Shown here piece after piece: positions 1 to 11,938 of a stretch of 64,000 nt of DNA. The stretch is from Harriotta raleighana (Eukaryota): the NCBI GenBank assembly GCA_050575255.1, contig JBNZDD010013730.1, forward strand, positions 6,044,543 through 6,108,542, read 5' to 3'. Each line of letters opens with the position of its first letter. Position 1 is the first letter of the stretch. Below the pieces are notes generated by a model. It saw only the letters and a program-made list of their open reading frames with translations, was not told the origin of the DNA and made no database searches. A program made the position numbers and the translations under genes.

Positions 1-286
1 AGGGGAGGATGAGTGGGAGTCGGAGTGTAGGGGGGAAAGGCTAGGGGGAGGGTGGGAGTTGTGGGGTCCGAGACCGCGGAGCGGATTCCCTTGATTTTGG
101 CTTCAAGGAAATCCAGCATCTCCTCACAGCGAAGGTTGGAGGAGATGACCTGTGCGGAGAGGCGGGGGGGACGGAGGAGTTTGGATGTGGTGGAGAATAG
201 GAGCCTCGGGTTGTTCTTCCCTTCCAGGATTATCCTGGAGTAGAAGGACGACTTGGCTGAGGCTAGTGCGGAGCGGTAGGACTTCA
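1..286 (-). mobile_element. L2-clade LINE, ORF2 fragment (between endonuclease and RT domains); 5'-truncated, runs off the left edge
   Basis: Minus strand translates openly as KSYRSALASAKSSFYSRIILEGKNNPRLLFSTTSKLLRPP...CEEMLDFLEAKIKGIRSAV, the typical L2/CR1 ORF2 linker pattern; GC-rich, with an abrupt switch to AT-rich sequence at about 287. Confidence 0.85.
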
Positions 287-904
287 CACAATTCACCATT
301 TACAAGATCCAATTTTCTTTGATGGGTATATGTGTACATGAGAATACAAACATTTAGTGACTCTTCAAGTTATCAAAGAAATGGAGGCAACTTTGGGGCT
401 GGTTTCCATGCCAACTTGGATTGTGCAATCTGGTTTGCAACTCCTACCATCAAATGTTGAATTGCCTCAAGGCAGAGAATAACTCTATAAGAGTGGAAAA
501 TACAAAATTATATGGCAATTACTAGTGCCCCAGGCATGTTTTACTTTGAATCCTCACAGACAGAATGAAAGTCAGGATTGCTTATTGAGGGTATTGATAA
601 TGCAAAGACTCAGGTAATTTATTAAAACTGATCCAGTTGTCTGTTTCTAAAGTTCAAATGATGGCAACAAAATTAGTTAAATTACAGTTAAATTAAAGTA
701 AGGTTAATGCACTTCCAGTCATTGAGCTTATCTGTCAGAGCACCATTTCGTTTTATAAGATCTATGCATCTGAAAACCCATTTGAGGTTTGTGCTTTTGT
801 TTAAAAGGTGGAAATCGAATGAACTTTCTAATAAAAGCACAAACTTCTAACAGAACTCCCAAATATTAGGGTTAGGGTTTTCAGCAGAGATTGTGAAGAT
901 CTCT

Positions 905-1217
905 GGAGTCCTGTAGCTCAGTGGTTAGAGCACTTGCCTTACAAGCGACTGACCCAGGGTTCAATTCTAGGCAGGGCAAAACTTTGGGCAGGTTTCTTTA
1001 CTCCACACGACTAATATTAATCCCTCCCCAAAAAAATTGGTAATTTCAATCCATGACTGTGCACAAGACTGCTGTGCACAATTGGCTGCTGCGTTTCACC
1101 AACATAGATATATATATACAGTATACAGTCAATTCACTTTACAGTATATTCTGTGAAGCGCTTTGAGAAGTCTAGAAGACGTGAAAAGCGCCATATCAAA
1201 TGCAAAGATTATTATTA
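905..1217 (+). mobile_element. Young tRNA-derived SINE, full length
   Basis: A box TAGCTCAGTGG, B box GGTTCAATTC, body GCTGTGCACAATTGGCTGC, 3' hairpin AGCGCTTTGAG...GTGAAAAGCGC, (TTA)n tail; at least 5 similar copies in the window. Confidence 0.92.
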
Positions 1218-1402
1218 CAGTGAAACTGCTGAACTTGCATCCCACTGCACTGCAATTGGTTCTACCTTACATTGCATCATCTACATGATGTACATCTGCT
1301 AGTGTAAAATGGACTGTCAATTTCTCGTGGTGTTGGTAGGTAAGTAAGTGTCTCCTCTCCTTGGGGTGGTCTTTGTAACAAATCAGCCACAATTAGACAG
1401 AG

Positions 1403-1597
1403 GGGATCAATTCACCAAAGAGTGTATTACAAGCTTCTTATCATTAGATTATATGTTGTCTCCAGCTTGGATCTGAAACTATTGACTGTCCAGCGCCTCN
1501 GGGATCAATTCACCAAAGAGTGTATTACAAGCTTCTTATCATTAGATTATTTGTTGTCTCCAGCTCGGATCTGAAACTATTGACTGTCCAGCGCCTC
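1403..1597. repeat. 97-bp direct duplication across single N (1500); probable assembly overlap
   Basis: 1403-1499 matches 1501-1597 with 2 substitutions. Confidence 0.9.
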
Positions 1598-1659
1598 GGG
1601 ACGTCCCCCTGACGTGAAAGGCGCTATACAAGTGTAATTTTGTTGTGGTTGCTGTTGTT
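1578..1659 (+). mobile_element. L2 3' end fragment (hairpin plus TTG tail)
   Basis: TGACTGTCCAGCGCCTCGGGACGTCCCCCTGACGTGAAAGGCGCTATACAAGTGTAATTTTGTTG matches the 3' end of the L2 at 33091-33808. Confidence 0.85.
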
Positions 1660-2476
1660 AAAATATGCAGCATGTAGCAGGTTAACTGCACTTGTGACCA
1701 ATAGAAAGTTAAAGAGGGTGAAAGATTTGATCTCGAAAATATTTTGCACTGGACAATAGTTCAGTCCTCCAAAGCTGAAAATAAATCTGTCACGGTTACT
1801 GCTGTTGAATTGCCATTACCACAGAGACTCATACATAGATGAATCAGAACAAAATGCTCTGGTCATGGCTCTGATAAGGAACTCATCGCCTACCAGTTCT
1901 GCAGTCAGACTGTGTTTGAGAGAGATTGCAATCTAATATTAGTGAAGGATTTGCAAAGGCTCAGTGATGCTTTGTCCTTGCCAGTTTTATACCATCCAGA
2001 GTCATGTGCCACATTATTGTCTGAGCATCATGATCAACAATTTGCACGAGAGCTGAAAGTCCTACTCAGTACTAAAATACACTTTGCTCAAAGTCACTTG
2101 CTACTTTCTCGCACTTCAAAATGTAGTGCCTCAGGGTGTCATACATTCATACAATGATACTAATCTCCAGGACCTTTTAAGTGCAAGAATTTCACAGGAA
2201 ATGCAAAAGCTTCAACAACATTAGGTGCAGCATATTGTTATTTCAATACCTGTATTATTTACCATTAAATTCTAGTGAATTACTTTATTGACCAAGTATA
2301 TATATATGAGTCTCCACAGCCCCCCATAAGAGCCACTTACAGAACATTCATATTTATGCTGCTGTGGCCCCTTTGTTTTGGCATTCCTCATTTGAACAAG
2401 TATTAGTTGTTGCTGCTTCGAGAAAAATATCCATCGTCCTTCCATTAGGAAATATCCATCGTCCTCCGCATTGTGT

Positions 2477-2811
2477 GGAGCTCCTGTGGCTTAGTGGTTA
2501 GAGCACTTGTCTTACAAGCGTGAGACCTGTGTTCGAATCCCGGCAGATCAGGGCGAAACCTTGGGCAAGTTTCCTTACTCCACATGCCTAATAATAATCC
2601 CTCCAAAAATACAACAATAATAAAAAAATTGGTCATTTCAATCCATGACTGTTTGTGGGACGCTGCTGTGCGCAATTGGCTGCCGCATTGTGCCCAGAAA
2701 TATACAGTCAATTCACTTTACAGTATATTCTGTGAAGCGCTTTGGGACGTTGATAAGATGTGAAAAGCGCTATATCAAATGCAAGGATCATTATTATTAT
2801 TATTATTATTA
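2477..2811 (+). mobile_element. Young tRNA-derived SINE, full length
   Basis: A box TGGCTTAGTGG, B box GTTCGAATCC, same body and hairpin as 905-1217, long (TTA)n tail. Confidence 0.92.
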
Positions 2812-5001
2812 GAGGTCTTTTACAGCACTGCCATTTATCCTTGGTTTATGTACGATTCACACCCAAGATTCCAACATCACAAAACTTCAGAAACTCCAGC
2901 ATTTCTGAACATAATTGAATAACAGTAATTACAGTTCATCACAGCAAAGAATATTATTACCTGTCAATCCTGCAGCCCAGAGCATTAACTGACAGGTGTA
3001 AGTTCCACCAAATTAAGAATTAATGTTACGTTTTCTGTGCAGCAATAAGTCAATTGTACAAATTAAGCCAATGGGGAAACACGCCCCCATGATTCTTCAA
3101 ACTAACTCAACAGATTTAATTAGTTTCCAGTTTCACCAGAACTCTTGCTGATTTTCAATCTTATTTTTCTGGCCACTTCTGAAGTCTCCAGGATATTCAC
3201 TGAACCTTATCTGGACGCCAATTATGTATCCACAGCCTCCCTGTAGAGTCACTAACTAAAAGGTCCACACTCAGCGGCAAACGACGCTGGGGCTGGTAAG
3301 CATCTGACCAAGACGAACATTTCCAGCAGAACTCCAGAAGTGGCTGGCAGTGGACTGTATGAATTCGCTGAGGACAAAAATATGACTTTTCAACCAAAAA
3401 TAAGTTATTGGGTCCATTGGCGAGACTCTGCACATATACTGTGTTAATATAACTGCATTCATAACTGTCTGAACCACTACTGTCAGGCAAGGATGTGTGT
3501 CAAGTTCTTTTTTTTAAGAAAGTCCATATTTTTCCTTTTCTTTCCCTCCCACAGTTCCTATTCATCTACATGGTTCAGCACATTGCAGTCCCAGCTCACC
3601 ATTTATGAACCAAGTGTTTAAATGATTACAATCTATCATCTTCACCTATTCTTTCTGCCATTCAAGTCTTTCTTTGGGGATTTCGGCTAAAGAATGTGTT
3701 CATAAAACCACAGTATAAAGAACAAAACAGATATACTTTGTTAAATATTTGCATTTCCAATGGTTCAGCAAATTTCTACAATAAAATGTAATTGCTCTTG
3801 TAACTCAAATTAAGCCGAAACTAAAAGTAAAGCAGGTAAATCAGGCAAACACACACTTCAATAAAAGTCAATTATGATGGGTTTAATTGGGAAAGAAAAA
3901 GCTCTTAACTTTTACCAAGTTAACAATATTGCTAGAAAGTTTCACTTCTGCCTCCATCCGCAGCCTACTATAAACTTTACTTATAAACTTCATTTATAAG
4001 ATTTATTTGGGGCATTAATTTTTTGTTTTATCTATTTTCATACAACTTTAAGCATATAAACTTTAATTATGTATCAAACGTATGCTTCATTTGTGCTTGT
4101 GTGCAAACAGTACATATATTTTGCTTTATACAGTATTGGTAAAATAGGAACCTTTTAATTGCTGTTCTCAGGTAAAATACATTTTGAAACAATATATTCA
4201 TCATATCTCTGCATATGATGACTTCATGTTTTCTTTTCAGAAAATTCATAAGGCATTTGCTGCTAAGGGAACTGCTTCTCAATAGTGTATTCACAACTTT
4301 CATTTAACACAAAAGAAGATACTACTGCACCATTTTGCAATAACCCAAAATAATCATCTCCATTATTCTTCTCTCTTTCATTCAGATTTAGGTGTATTAA
4401 TACTGGAATTCGTCAAACAAAACCAAACATCTCTATCCCAAGTGAGAAAGAAGAAACCATAGCTTTGAGAGACATGCCTTCATCCACTGCACTTTTAAGT
4501 TGAATTATTAATGTACTTTCACATCGATAACACTTTTCCCTCTCCCTTTGACAACACCATCTGGCTCAGCTAGACCCCTGATCACAGCTGGGCTTTGTTG
4601 GCTCCTCTACAACACAAGAATTTAATCCCTTGCAGGGTTGCCTTTATTGCCTCCTAGCTTGCTATTATTACTCACATACATGGCACTCTGCACTGAAGCC
4701 CAATCTACATCCTATGGGATGCGGCCTTTTCTGACCTGTCCCAGCAGAATCCACAAGAGAACAGAAACCTTATAAAGATACAGCAGGATCTCTGAAAAAA
4801 TGAATAATTTGCTGTTTTTTCATCTCCCTCTCCCACTGAAAGACATTATTATTAGGATAATGCAACACTCATTTCCACATGTGTTCAATCATTAAAGCCA
4901 ACATCGTGCAGTCTTATAAAGAAATTCAACATTTTAAATAACTAGCCCCAAATAAGGTTCATCAGATTGGCAAGAGTTACGCATTAGGCAGAGGTGTCAG
5001 C

Positions 5002-5330
5002 CTGGCTCCATAAGTAGCATTCACACCGTAGAATATTAGACCTTGGAACTCATCGTCTGGGAGTGTGCTGCTTTGCTGCAGAAGCTGTCCTTTGGATGAG
5101 GTTATACTGAAGTCTCACCTGCCTATTCAGGTGGGCTTTAAAGATCAAGTGGCACGATTTGAAAGGGAAAGTTCTTTCTGGTGTCGTGAACAACAATCCC
5201 CCAAATATATAATTGCTCTCTCAGCGGCATTGCTGTGCACAAATTGGTGGCCAGGTTCCCCTACAAATACACAGTCACTGCACTTCAGAATAAAATCTTC
5301 TGAAGTGTTTATGGCTAGCACTAAACTACG
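5002..5330 (+). mobile_element. Old Deu-domain SINE (SacSINE1/AmnSINE1-like)
   Basis: GCTGTCCTTTGGATGAG...TCAGGTGGGCTTTAAAGATCAAGTGGCACGATTTGAA resembles the Deu core as I recall it, followed by TTGCTGTGCACAAATTGG, which is shared with the young SINE. Confidence 0.7.
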
Positions 5331-5930
5331 ACAATCAATGTACTGTTAGTTGTACTTATGCGTTTAATGAGGTACTTGACCTCCATAAGTCACTCAGCTG
5401 TAATTATGCCAGGAGAATTGATCAGAAAATCTTCAGCAAGAACAGAAAGGAGCACAATGGCTTAATCCAGATATCAAAGTGGCCTTCACTGTAACAGAAT
5501 AGAGTTGACAAAGAGCACTGTAAGGTTTGGTTCCCAGCTTCATCGATCAACCCCCCTTTACTATCATAATACCCAACTGCAGTTGCTGCTTCTCTGTCAT
5601 TTTCTGCACAGTGAGAAGTCGGTATTACAATTTCTGTGAGGCGGAAAGCCAACCACATTATCATTCAAGTTCAGTGAGAGATTTGTCTTTGTTGGCAATG
5701 TCCTGACAGGACAGGACCTGGAGCTGTCTCCTAACAAGGATTCAAGTTCCAAGGTTACCCTTCACTTCAAAATGCCTATTTCATTCAGATGGCTTTCATT
5801 TGATCAAGTCTGCTGGACAGAACATTGTGTGGATGCAGTGCTGTATCACAGGCAGAAGAATAACGAGCAATGTCTGACTTGAATCATACTTTCTGCTGGC
5901 TGATAACCAAGCAGTTTTGACAGTCACTGC

Positions 5931-5996
5931 AACCACAACACAACCAAATTACACGTGTATCGCACCTTTCACGTCGGGAGGACGTCCCAAAGTGCT
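5931..5996 (-). mobile_element. L2 3' hairpin-only fragment
   Basis: CAAC-rich tail followed by CACCTTTCACGTCGGGAGGACGTCCCAAAGTGCT. Confidence 0.75.
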
Positions 5997-8959
5997 ATTG
6001 TTATGGCTTCTGTGTAGCAGGCTTTAAAAAAATCATTCTTCAAGGTGTATATTTTAGCAATTTCAAGTTCTAAAAATCAGAGGGTTTCAGGGCTTTCACA
6101 CTTGCAAAGTGAAGATGTAGATGCGTTTGGCCACAAGGAGGGGAAGAGGCGACTTCACACATCTGGTGAAATAACCACTTCAGCAGAAGGTCGGCATTGC
6201 ACACACTTGAGAGCACGTCTCTCCCCTCTGTGTGCACAGGTGTGTGTGGTTCTGGAGGGGAGAGCAGATTGCATTAATAACACAGGTGCAGTTGGAGTCA
6301 GGACAGGTAGCATTTATGGTGTTTCTCCGGTGTTTATTGGATAAACACTGATTTTTTTTGTTATGGGGGTGTTTTAATGGTTAAAAATGAAAATCAGAAG
6401 CCGTAACCAGTGAAGTCACTACAATAGAGCTCACAGCCACCAGTCCAGAAAATAGGTTGTGATATGCAGTCTGCAAAGCCAGAGCTATATAGTGTAATAC
6501 AATAGCTTTGTCTTCATAATGTTCCAGGAATACAAGTACAGAATTCAGAAATAACAATGAGAAATTTTCAGTCAGATTGCTTCCCTGATAAAGAGAGGAC
6601 CAGCAAACCCATCTTCAGAGGCAAAATTCTCATCATTCCTGTGCATAAGCAAGCCAAAAGTATGTTACAATCAAAGAAGTTAACATTTTATCTTTAAATT
6701 GATTAATCAATAAAAGCATTGTGAGCAGCTTTTAATTAAACAAAAGTGTCAAATGTCACCCGATTGGCTTAATCGAACATCAGCTTCTTAAAGAGCAAAT
6801 GTGCTTTCCATTTATAAGGATTTAATTCTCTGGAATCAGTGGTGGTACTGTTGTTCCTATGAACAGTGAACTTCAAATTAAGTTTTCAAAGAGATTACAT
6901 GGAAGCAAGTAATCTAAAAAGCATTGAAATACTTGCGATTCCATATTCTTTCTCAATAATAGTTTTTCTTCTTCTATGTACCATTAAATATCAGTTAGAC
7001 TCATCTAAATGTGTAGCTTCAATTTGTATTGAATATTTGCAAGGAAGTCAGTTCCCATCATCTGCTCCAAATCTAATCCATAATTTGATTTATTTTCATC
7101 ATTCCCACTGACTGACCTGTATTCTTTGGAATTCACTGCTTATCGTGCACTTTATTCAATTGCCAGTTTAATAATGACCTTTGCCAACAGAGATAGGACT
7201 TCTTTTGAACAGAGCAAATAATGGATCTCTCTCATTGTGGATTTTGTTTCCATTGCCAACCAGTGCACTGAAGAATGCACCTTTTCCTTCTGTACCTACA
7301 TGGGGCCATTTTGCAATCATATTGTGGCATTTGTCCCAGTCAAATCTAAGGAGTTAATAAATGTTTTCAGAATCTGGACATCTTCTGGGGAGGGTTATAT
7401 GTATAGCAGTCACATTTAGGTGGGGTGAAGGAGCAAGCTGATCCCAAGTCATGCAGTGAGTGAAAGCTAGAATTCTGCCTGATGTTGACTAAACAACCAT
7501 GGGGATGACGCAACGACTTTTCTTTAAAAAATCCGCTGTGTCATTGTCGAGCTTCTACATTCAATATCCCCAATATCCAAATTGCCATGGTTTGACTTCA
7601 TTAATGAAAAGGCAATTTTGTCCAGTTGGGGCAGTTTGGGATTTGGCTGCTCGTACCTACCATGTCTCAGAATTTCAAAGAAGAATTCAAGAGAATTTAT
7701 TCAGAGAGTTCAAGATTACAACAACAAATTACATTTATCTGTTGCATTTCAAGTTGGGAGGACATAAAAAGGCTTTAGACAGTCTCGGATTTACCAAAAT
7801 AAATGTCTGTAGAAGAATCCCAAAGGCTTTTTTCTGTCATTGTGCAGATTACAGTATTTAGGAAAGGGAAAGAATAAGAAAGATAACTGTCCAAATGTGC
7901 ATCTTTGACTCTCAAGTCTTCCTGGTTGTCTGACAGAGCCTGAGGAAGTAATTAGAATTACTTGCAGAAATTTTTACATTTGTTGCTATAAATCTTCATT
8001 CCTATCAGTATACCAACTCTGAGAACAAAATTCAGGAGCTACTATGGGTCTAAGTGATTTAAGAAATAATTTTATTTAAAAGGATATAAATCAGGTAGGT
8101 CTCTACGAAAGAACACTCATCAGTTTTTTTGTATTTTCTCAAGGGGATTCTTACAATGCCAAGTATCCATAATGGATCCTTACTCATATAATCAGGTAGC
8201 TCTCCCATACGATACACTAATAGACTGGTGACTAGTGGCCATTTTATTTCCACGAAATTCATGTAAATTTGCTTTAACAGTAATCATTCATCTCAGTCAT
8301 CTCTGAGGGAAAGTGCATATCGCCTTAATTTCCCATCTGTCTTGGTAGGAATCTAGAATTATTAGAGGAGAAATCATGAAAAGAAAAATAGTTTTGAAGT
8401 AGGCACTGCAACAAATAATCCATTCTTGAAGTGCATAGACCTTTTATCAGCTTTAACTATCTATCTATTTTCATACAATGCTCCTGTAATGCAACAAGTA
8501 TACTGCAAAGTATATTTGCCAAGTATACTGTCTTGATGTTTCCAATCTATTTCCATTACGTTTGTCAATAAAGTGAAGATACCTTAAAATACATTGAGCT
8601 ACAGCTTTAACAATCAATACATCTGTTCTAGCTCACTGAAAGAGTGCTTTCTTTTGACTGAATGCTAAAGATAGCACTAGAAAGAATGTTGCTATCAACA
8701 GTTCCAAATCTGCTGCAACGTATTGCACTTTTATATTCTTTGTTTTCTTTTAGTCCTGTCACTCCTGTCTTTTCAGGGAGTCTGTTTAACAGGCAACTAA
8801 TATGAGGGCAACCTGTATAGAGTATAAGATAAATAATAATGAACTGAAACCTGGCTCAACCCCAGTGGCAGCTGCCCACTCACTGCTCTCACCCTGCCAG
8901 GGTACACAATTTCCACAAATATCCTTTTGGTCAGTGCCTTTACTCCTCTATGCCTTCCT

Positions 8960-9801
8960 GCTTCGTATACACCCAACTTTATCTCTCTGCCTCCACCCAC
9001 TACCGCCCTGACAGACTGCCTGTCAGACATCAAATCCTGGATGAGAGTCAACTTTATCCAGTTAAATGTCAACAAGACAGAGGCCCTCCTGATTGGCTCG
9101 CGCCAGCTTCTGCACCTCAGGCACTGGCAGCATCAACCTGCCTGGAGAGATACTCCCACTTCACCAAGCCAGTCAGGACCCGAGGTGTCTTGTTTGATCC
9201 TGACTGTCTTGTCTCCCCCACATCCATGCCATGACCCGCTCTCCTTTCCCTAACCGCAGCAACATCACCCATCTCCGCCACTACCTCACCCCTCAGGTTG
9301 CTGAAACTCTCATTCATGCCTTCATCAGGTCCAGGCTCGACTATGCCAACTCCCTGCTTATTGGCCTCCTCAACTCCGCCTTCCAGAGGCCTCAAAACTC
9401 TGCAGCCCGTGTCCTCTCCCGCACCAAAGCCCTCCATGGCCTTGCCCCTTCCTACCTCTGCTACATCCTTAACCCCCTACCAACCTGTATGCTCCCTTCC
9501 TTCAGCGAGATCCGGCCTGCTCCATGTCCGCCGACCCACCCGCCCCACAATCGGGGGGCAAGCCTTCAACCACTCTACCCTCTACCTTTGAAATTACATC
9601 TCGCAAACCCTGCACCTCAACCCCTCCCTAGCCTCCCAAGACCCTCCTCTTCAACAGTGCCATCAGTCACCCCCTTTCCCGTCCCTTCCCTCCATTCTCC
9701 TCGATCCCGTCCCCAGATGGGATCCAAAACGCTGACTGTCCAGTGCCTTGGGACATCGTCCTGTCATGAATAGTAATACTAATGTAATTTTGTTGTTGTT
9801 G
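8960..9801 (+). mobile_element. L2 LINE, 5'-truncated, frameshifted RT C-terminus plus 3' UTR
   Basis: Peptides [62 protein letters not shown] and RPTIGGQAF lie in shifting frames; ends in the hairpin and TTGTTGTTG. Confidence 0.93.
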
Positions 9802-9809
9802 CTTCCAAA

Positions 9810-10328
9810 AACATTTCACTGTCTATCTCATCCATCTCCACAACATCCCCCACTGCCGTTATCTCACCACCAATGCAGCAGAAACATCCAGTAAAATATA
9901 AGAAACCTCTGCATCTTCTCCCAAAGTAGGCTGTGTGCATCTATCATCCTAGTTCTTGCTGGGATCCACTAGTTCCCCAGTGGATCAATTTTAAGACACT
10001 TGTCCTTGTCTTGAAATTATATTCCACTCCATCTCTGCGATCTTCTGTGACCTGACTTCCTTTTCCTCAAACAACCCTGCCTCGTTCTTGCCACTCGCCT
10101 CCTCCTTTCACCCTATCTGAATTCTTCCAAAATGTCTCTCTCATTCTCAGTTTTGAAAACCCATCCAAAGACTATTTGTTTGAAGTTCAGAACTCTCCCA
10201 AATACCCCTCACCCACCACCTCCATCTCCTTCATTATGCGGGCTCCCACTCAGTCATTTTTAAAAAAAACACTCTTTGAGACATTACAAGTTGAAAGGTG
10301 CTATACGATTGCAAATTGTTATTGTTGC
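9810..10328 (+). mobile_element. Older degenerate L2 3' fragment
   Basis: Pyrimidine-rich decayed ORF2 end, then CTTTGAGACATTACAAGTTGAAAGGTGCTATA and a TTGTTATTGTTG tail. Confidence 0.65.
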
Positions 10329-11437
10329 AATATCGCTGGGATTGGAGGATTGGAGGATTGGACTACAGTACTTGCCATGTCTTTTTAGATTCAACTGATT
10401 TTGTTTCAAGCAAAATGTTTTATAGCTGGGAAAAAAAGCCCACTTTAACTGCCAATTTTACAGATTAGCAAAACAACATGTAAATAAAGGCAAACCAAGT
10501 TTTACGTAACTAAATCAGTACATTACGTATAGTTTGGCTATGAAAGTGTAGGCAATATATTTCTAAGCAATTGTGACACATTTATATGGTTGATTATGCT
10601 AGAAATCATTTTAAGTTTCAGTCGATTTTAGAATTAAAAGCTTCTGCATTCTTTCTGTCCTTTAGCGAGCAGAACAAAATCAATCCCTCTTGGCTAGTGA
10701 TTGTAATTTGCTGTTTTACAGTCTCATAATAATGATATTTACCAATTTAAATCGAGGCACCAAAGATCCATATTGTGCAAATTAGCCGTAAAATGCAAAT
10801 CAAAGTATCGTAATCACTATAAATTTTACAAAATTGACAAAGAAACCCTTTGACATTTTCACTCAATTGTTTTTGTGAATGTTATGCATGTGAAATGGGT
10901 ATCGAAATCTTGCATTTTTACTATGCCCATTACACTGAACTTCATGGAATGACTGTTAAACAGTTCAAGAATTCTTTTGATATTCTGAGCGTCCCTTCAT
11001 ATCAATGGAGCTCAGATGATCAGACAGTCCAGTAAATGTCCTGAGGTCATGATTATTGAAGCACAGAAATTTATCACAAATGTTGCAGAATACAAAATAA
11101 TGTTGTAAATGAACACCAGTGCAGCAAAATTGTTCCCCAAAGCTAAAATAATATGATCGTACTGAAAAGCAAAACCAAACTGTCTTTTCCAATAACTGCC
11201 ACAAATGGTCACTTGATGGATAATTAAAGTTTATTAATTTCACACAAACATTATTCTCTCCAACTTCCACCTGCTACAGGTAAACTTTTTTTGGGTTGAG
11301 AATCCTTGTTCTGCTTAACATCTAGAAATATGCATTTCAACATTCGTATCCAAGACAAGTGCTTTGCTCTGCCTCATTATTTCCAGCTGATTTTTACCAG
11401 CCTCACTAATGCCTGCTTCTCGATGCCACCTAGGTTT

Positions 11438-11544
11438 GGCTTGAATCCTTTGCAAAATGTACTGACATCCATTCCACAGGAACCAGCTGTNGGCTTGAAT
11501 CCTTTGCAAAATGTACTGACATCCATTCCACAGGAACCAGCAGT
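11438..11544. repeat. 53-bp direct duplication across single N (11491); probable assembly overlap
   Basis: 11438-11490 matches 11492-11544 with 1 substitution. Confidence 0.9.
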
Positions 11545-11877
11545 AAACTGGCTGAGAATAGCCATTGTCATTCTTGCTCACCCATTTTCTGTGTCAGTAA
11601 GAAGGACCTGCAAAAAACAAGAAGCAATTGTGCTCTTAAGAGTATTAACTTAGCCAAATTTGGACTTTTATTCATTTTGCTTCTTTCAGACGAGATCTAC
11701 AGTTCCCAAACTATATTCAGATCCACTTAATGTCTCTTCTGCATCTCAATTCACAATTGAAAAGTTGGCCTTCCTTCCGGTCAAGGATTTTCAGAGAGAA
11801 ATTCTTTAGTAATCCAAAGTAGTTTATTTCTAAAAAGAACAATGCAATGCTGTTGGTGATTACTGCTGTACATATTT

Positions 11878-11938
11878 GAAGTGATCTGAGACGCCGTCCG
11901 GTTGGAGGGTGCTATATAAATCAAAGTTGTTGTTATTG
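11878..11938 (+). mobile_element. 3' hairpin-only fragment of a second L2-type family
   Basis: TCTGAGACGCCGTCCGGTTGGAGGGTGCTATATAAATCAAAGTTGTTG is similar to 55760-55820. Confidence 0.75.

Noticed and set aside
905-980. tRNA gene (Val-TAC or Ala-TGC like) here and at 2477, 34434 and 52438
   Set aside because: Each continues into the same SINE body and tail, and each copy has broken stems; these are SINE heads.
3197-3368. Possible terminal exon RIHTVHCQPLL...LLVSDSTGRLWIHNW with a WD40-like ending
   Set aside because: Acceptor is plausible but the resemblance is vague, with no recognisable protein or upstream partner exons.
8496-8530. Three AAGTATA(C/T)T units at 12-13 bp spacing
   Set aside because: Short decayed tandem duplication in AT-rich DNA with no further structure.
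9117-9773. Long overlapping ORFs (106-180 aa), likewise 33135-33709
   Set aside because: Alternative or antisense frames of GC-rich L2 sequence, not host genes.
11306-11653. ORFs with an internal peptide repeat (GLNPLQNVLTSIPQEPA twice)
   Set aside because: Produced by the duplication across the N at 11491.
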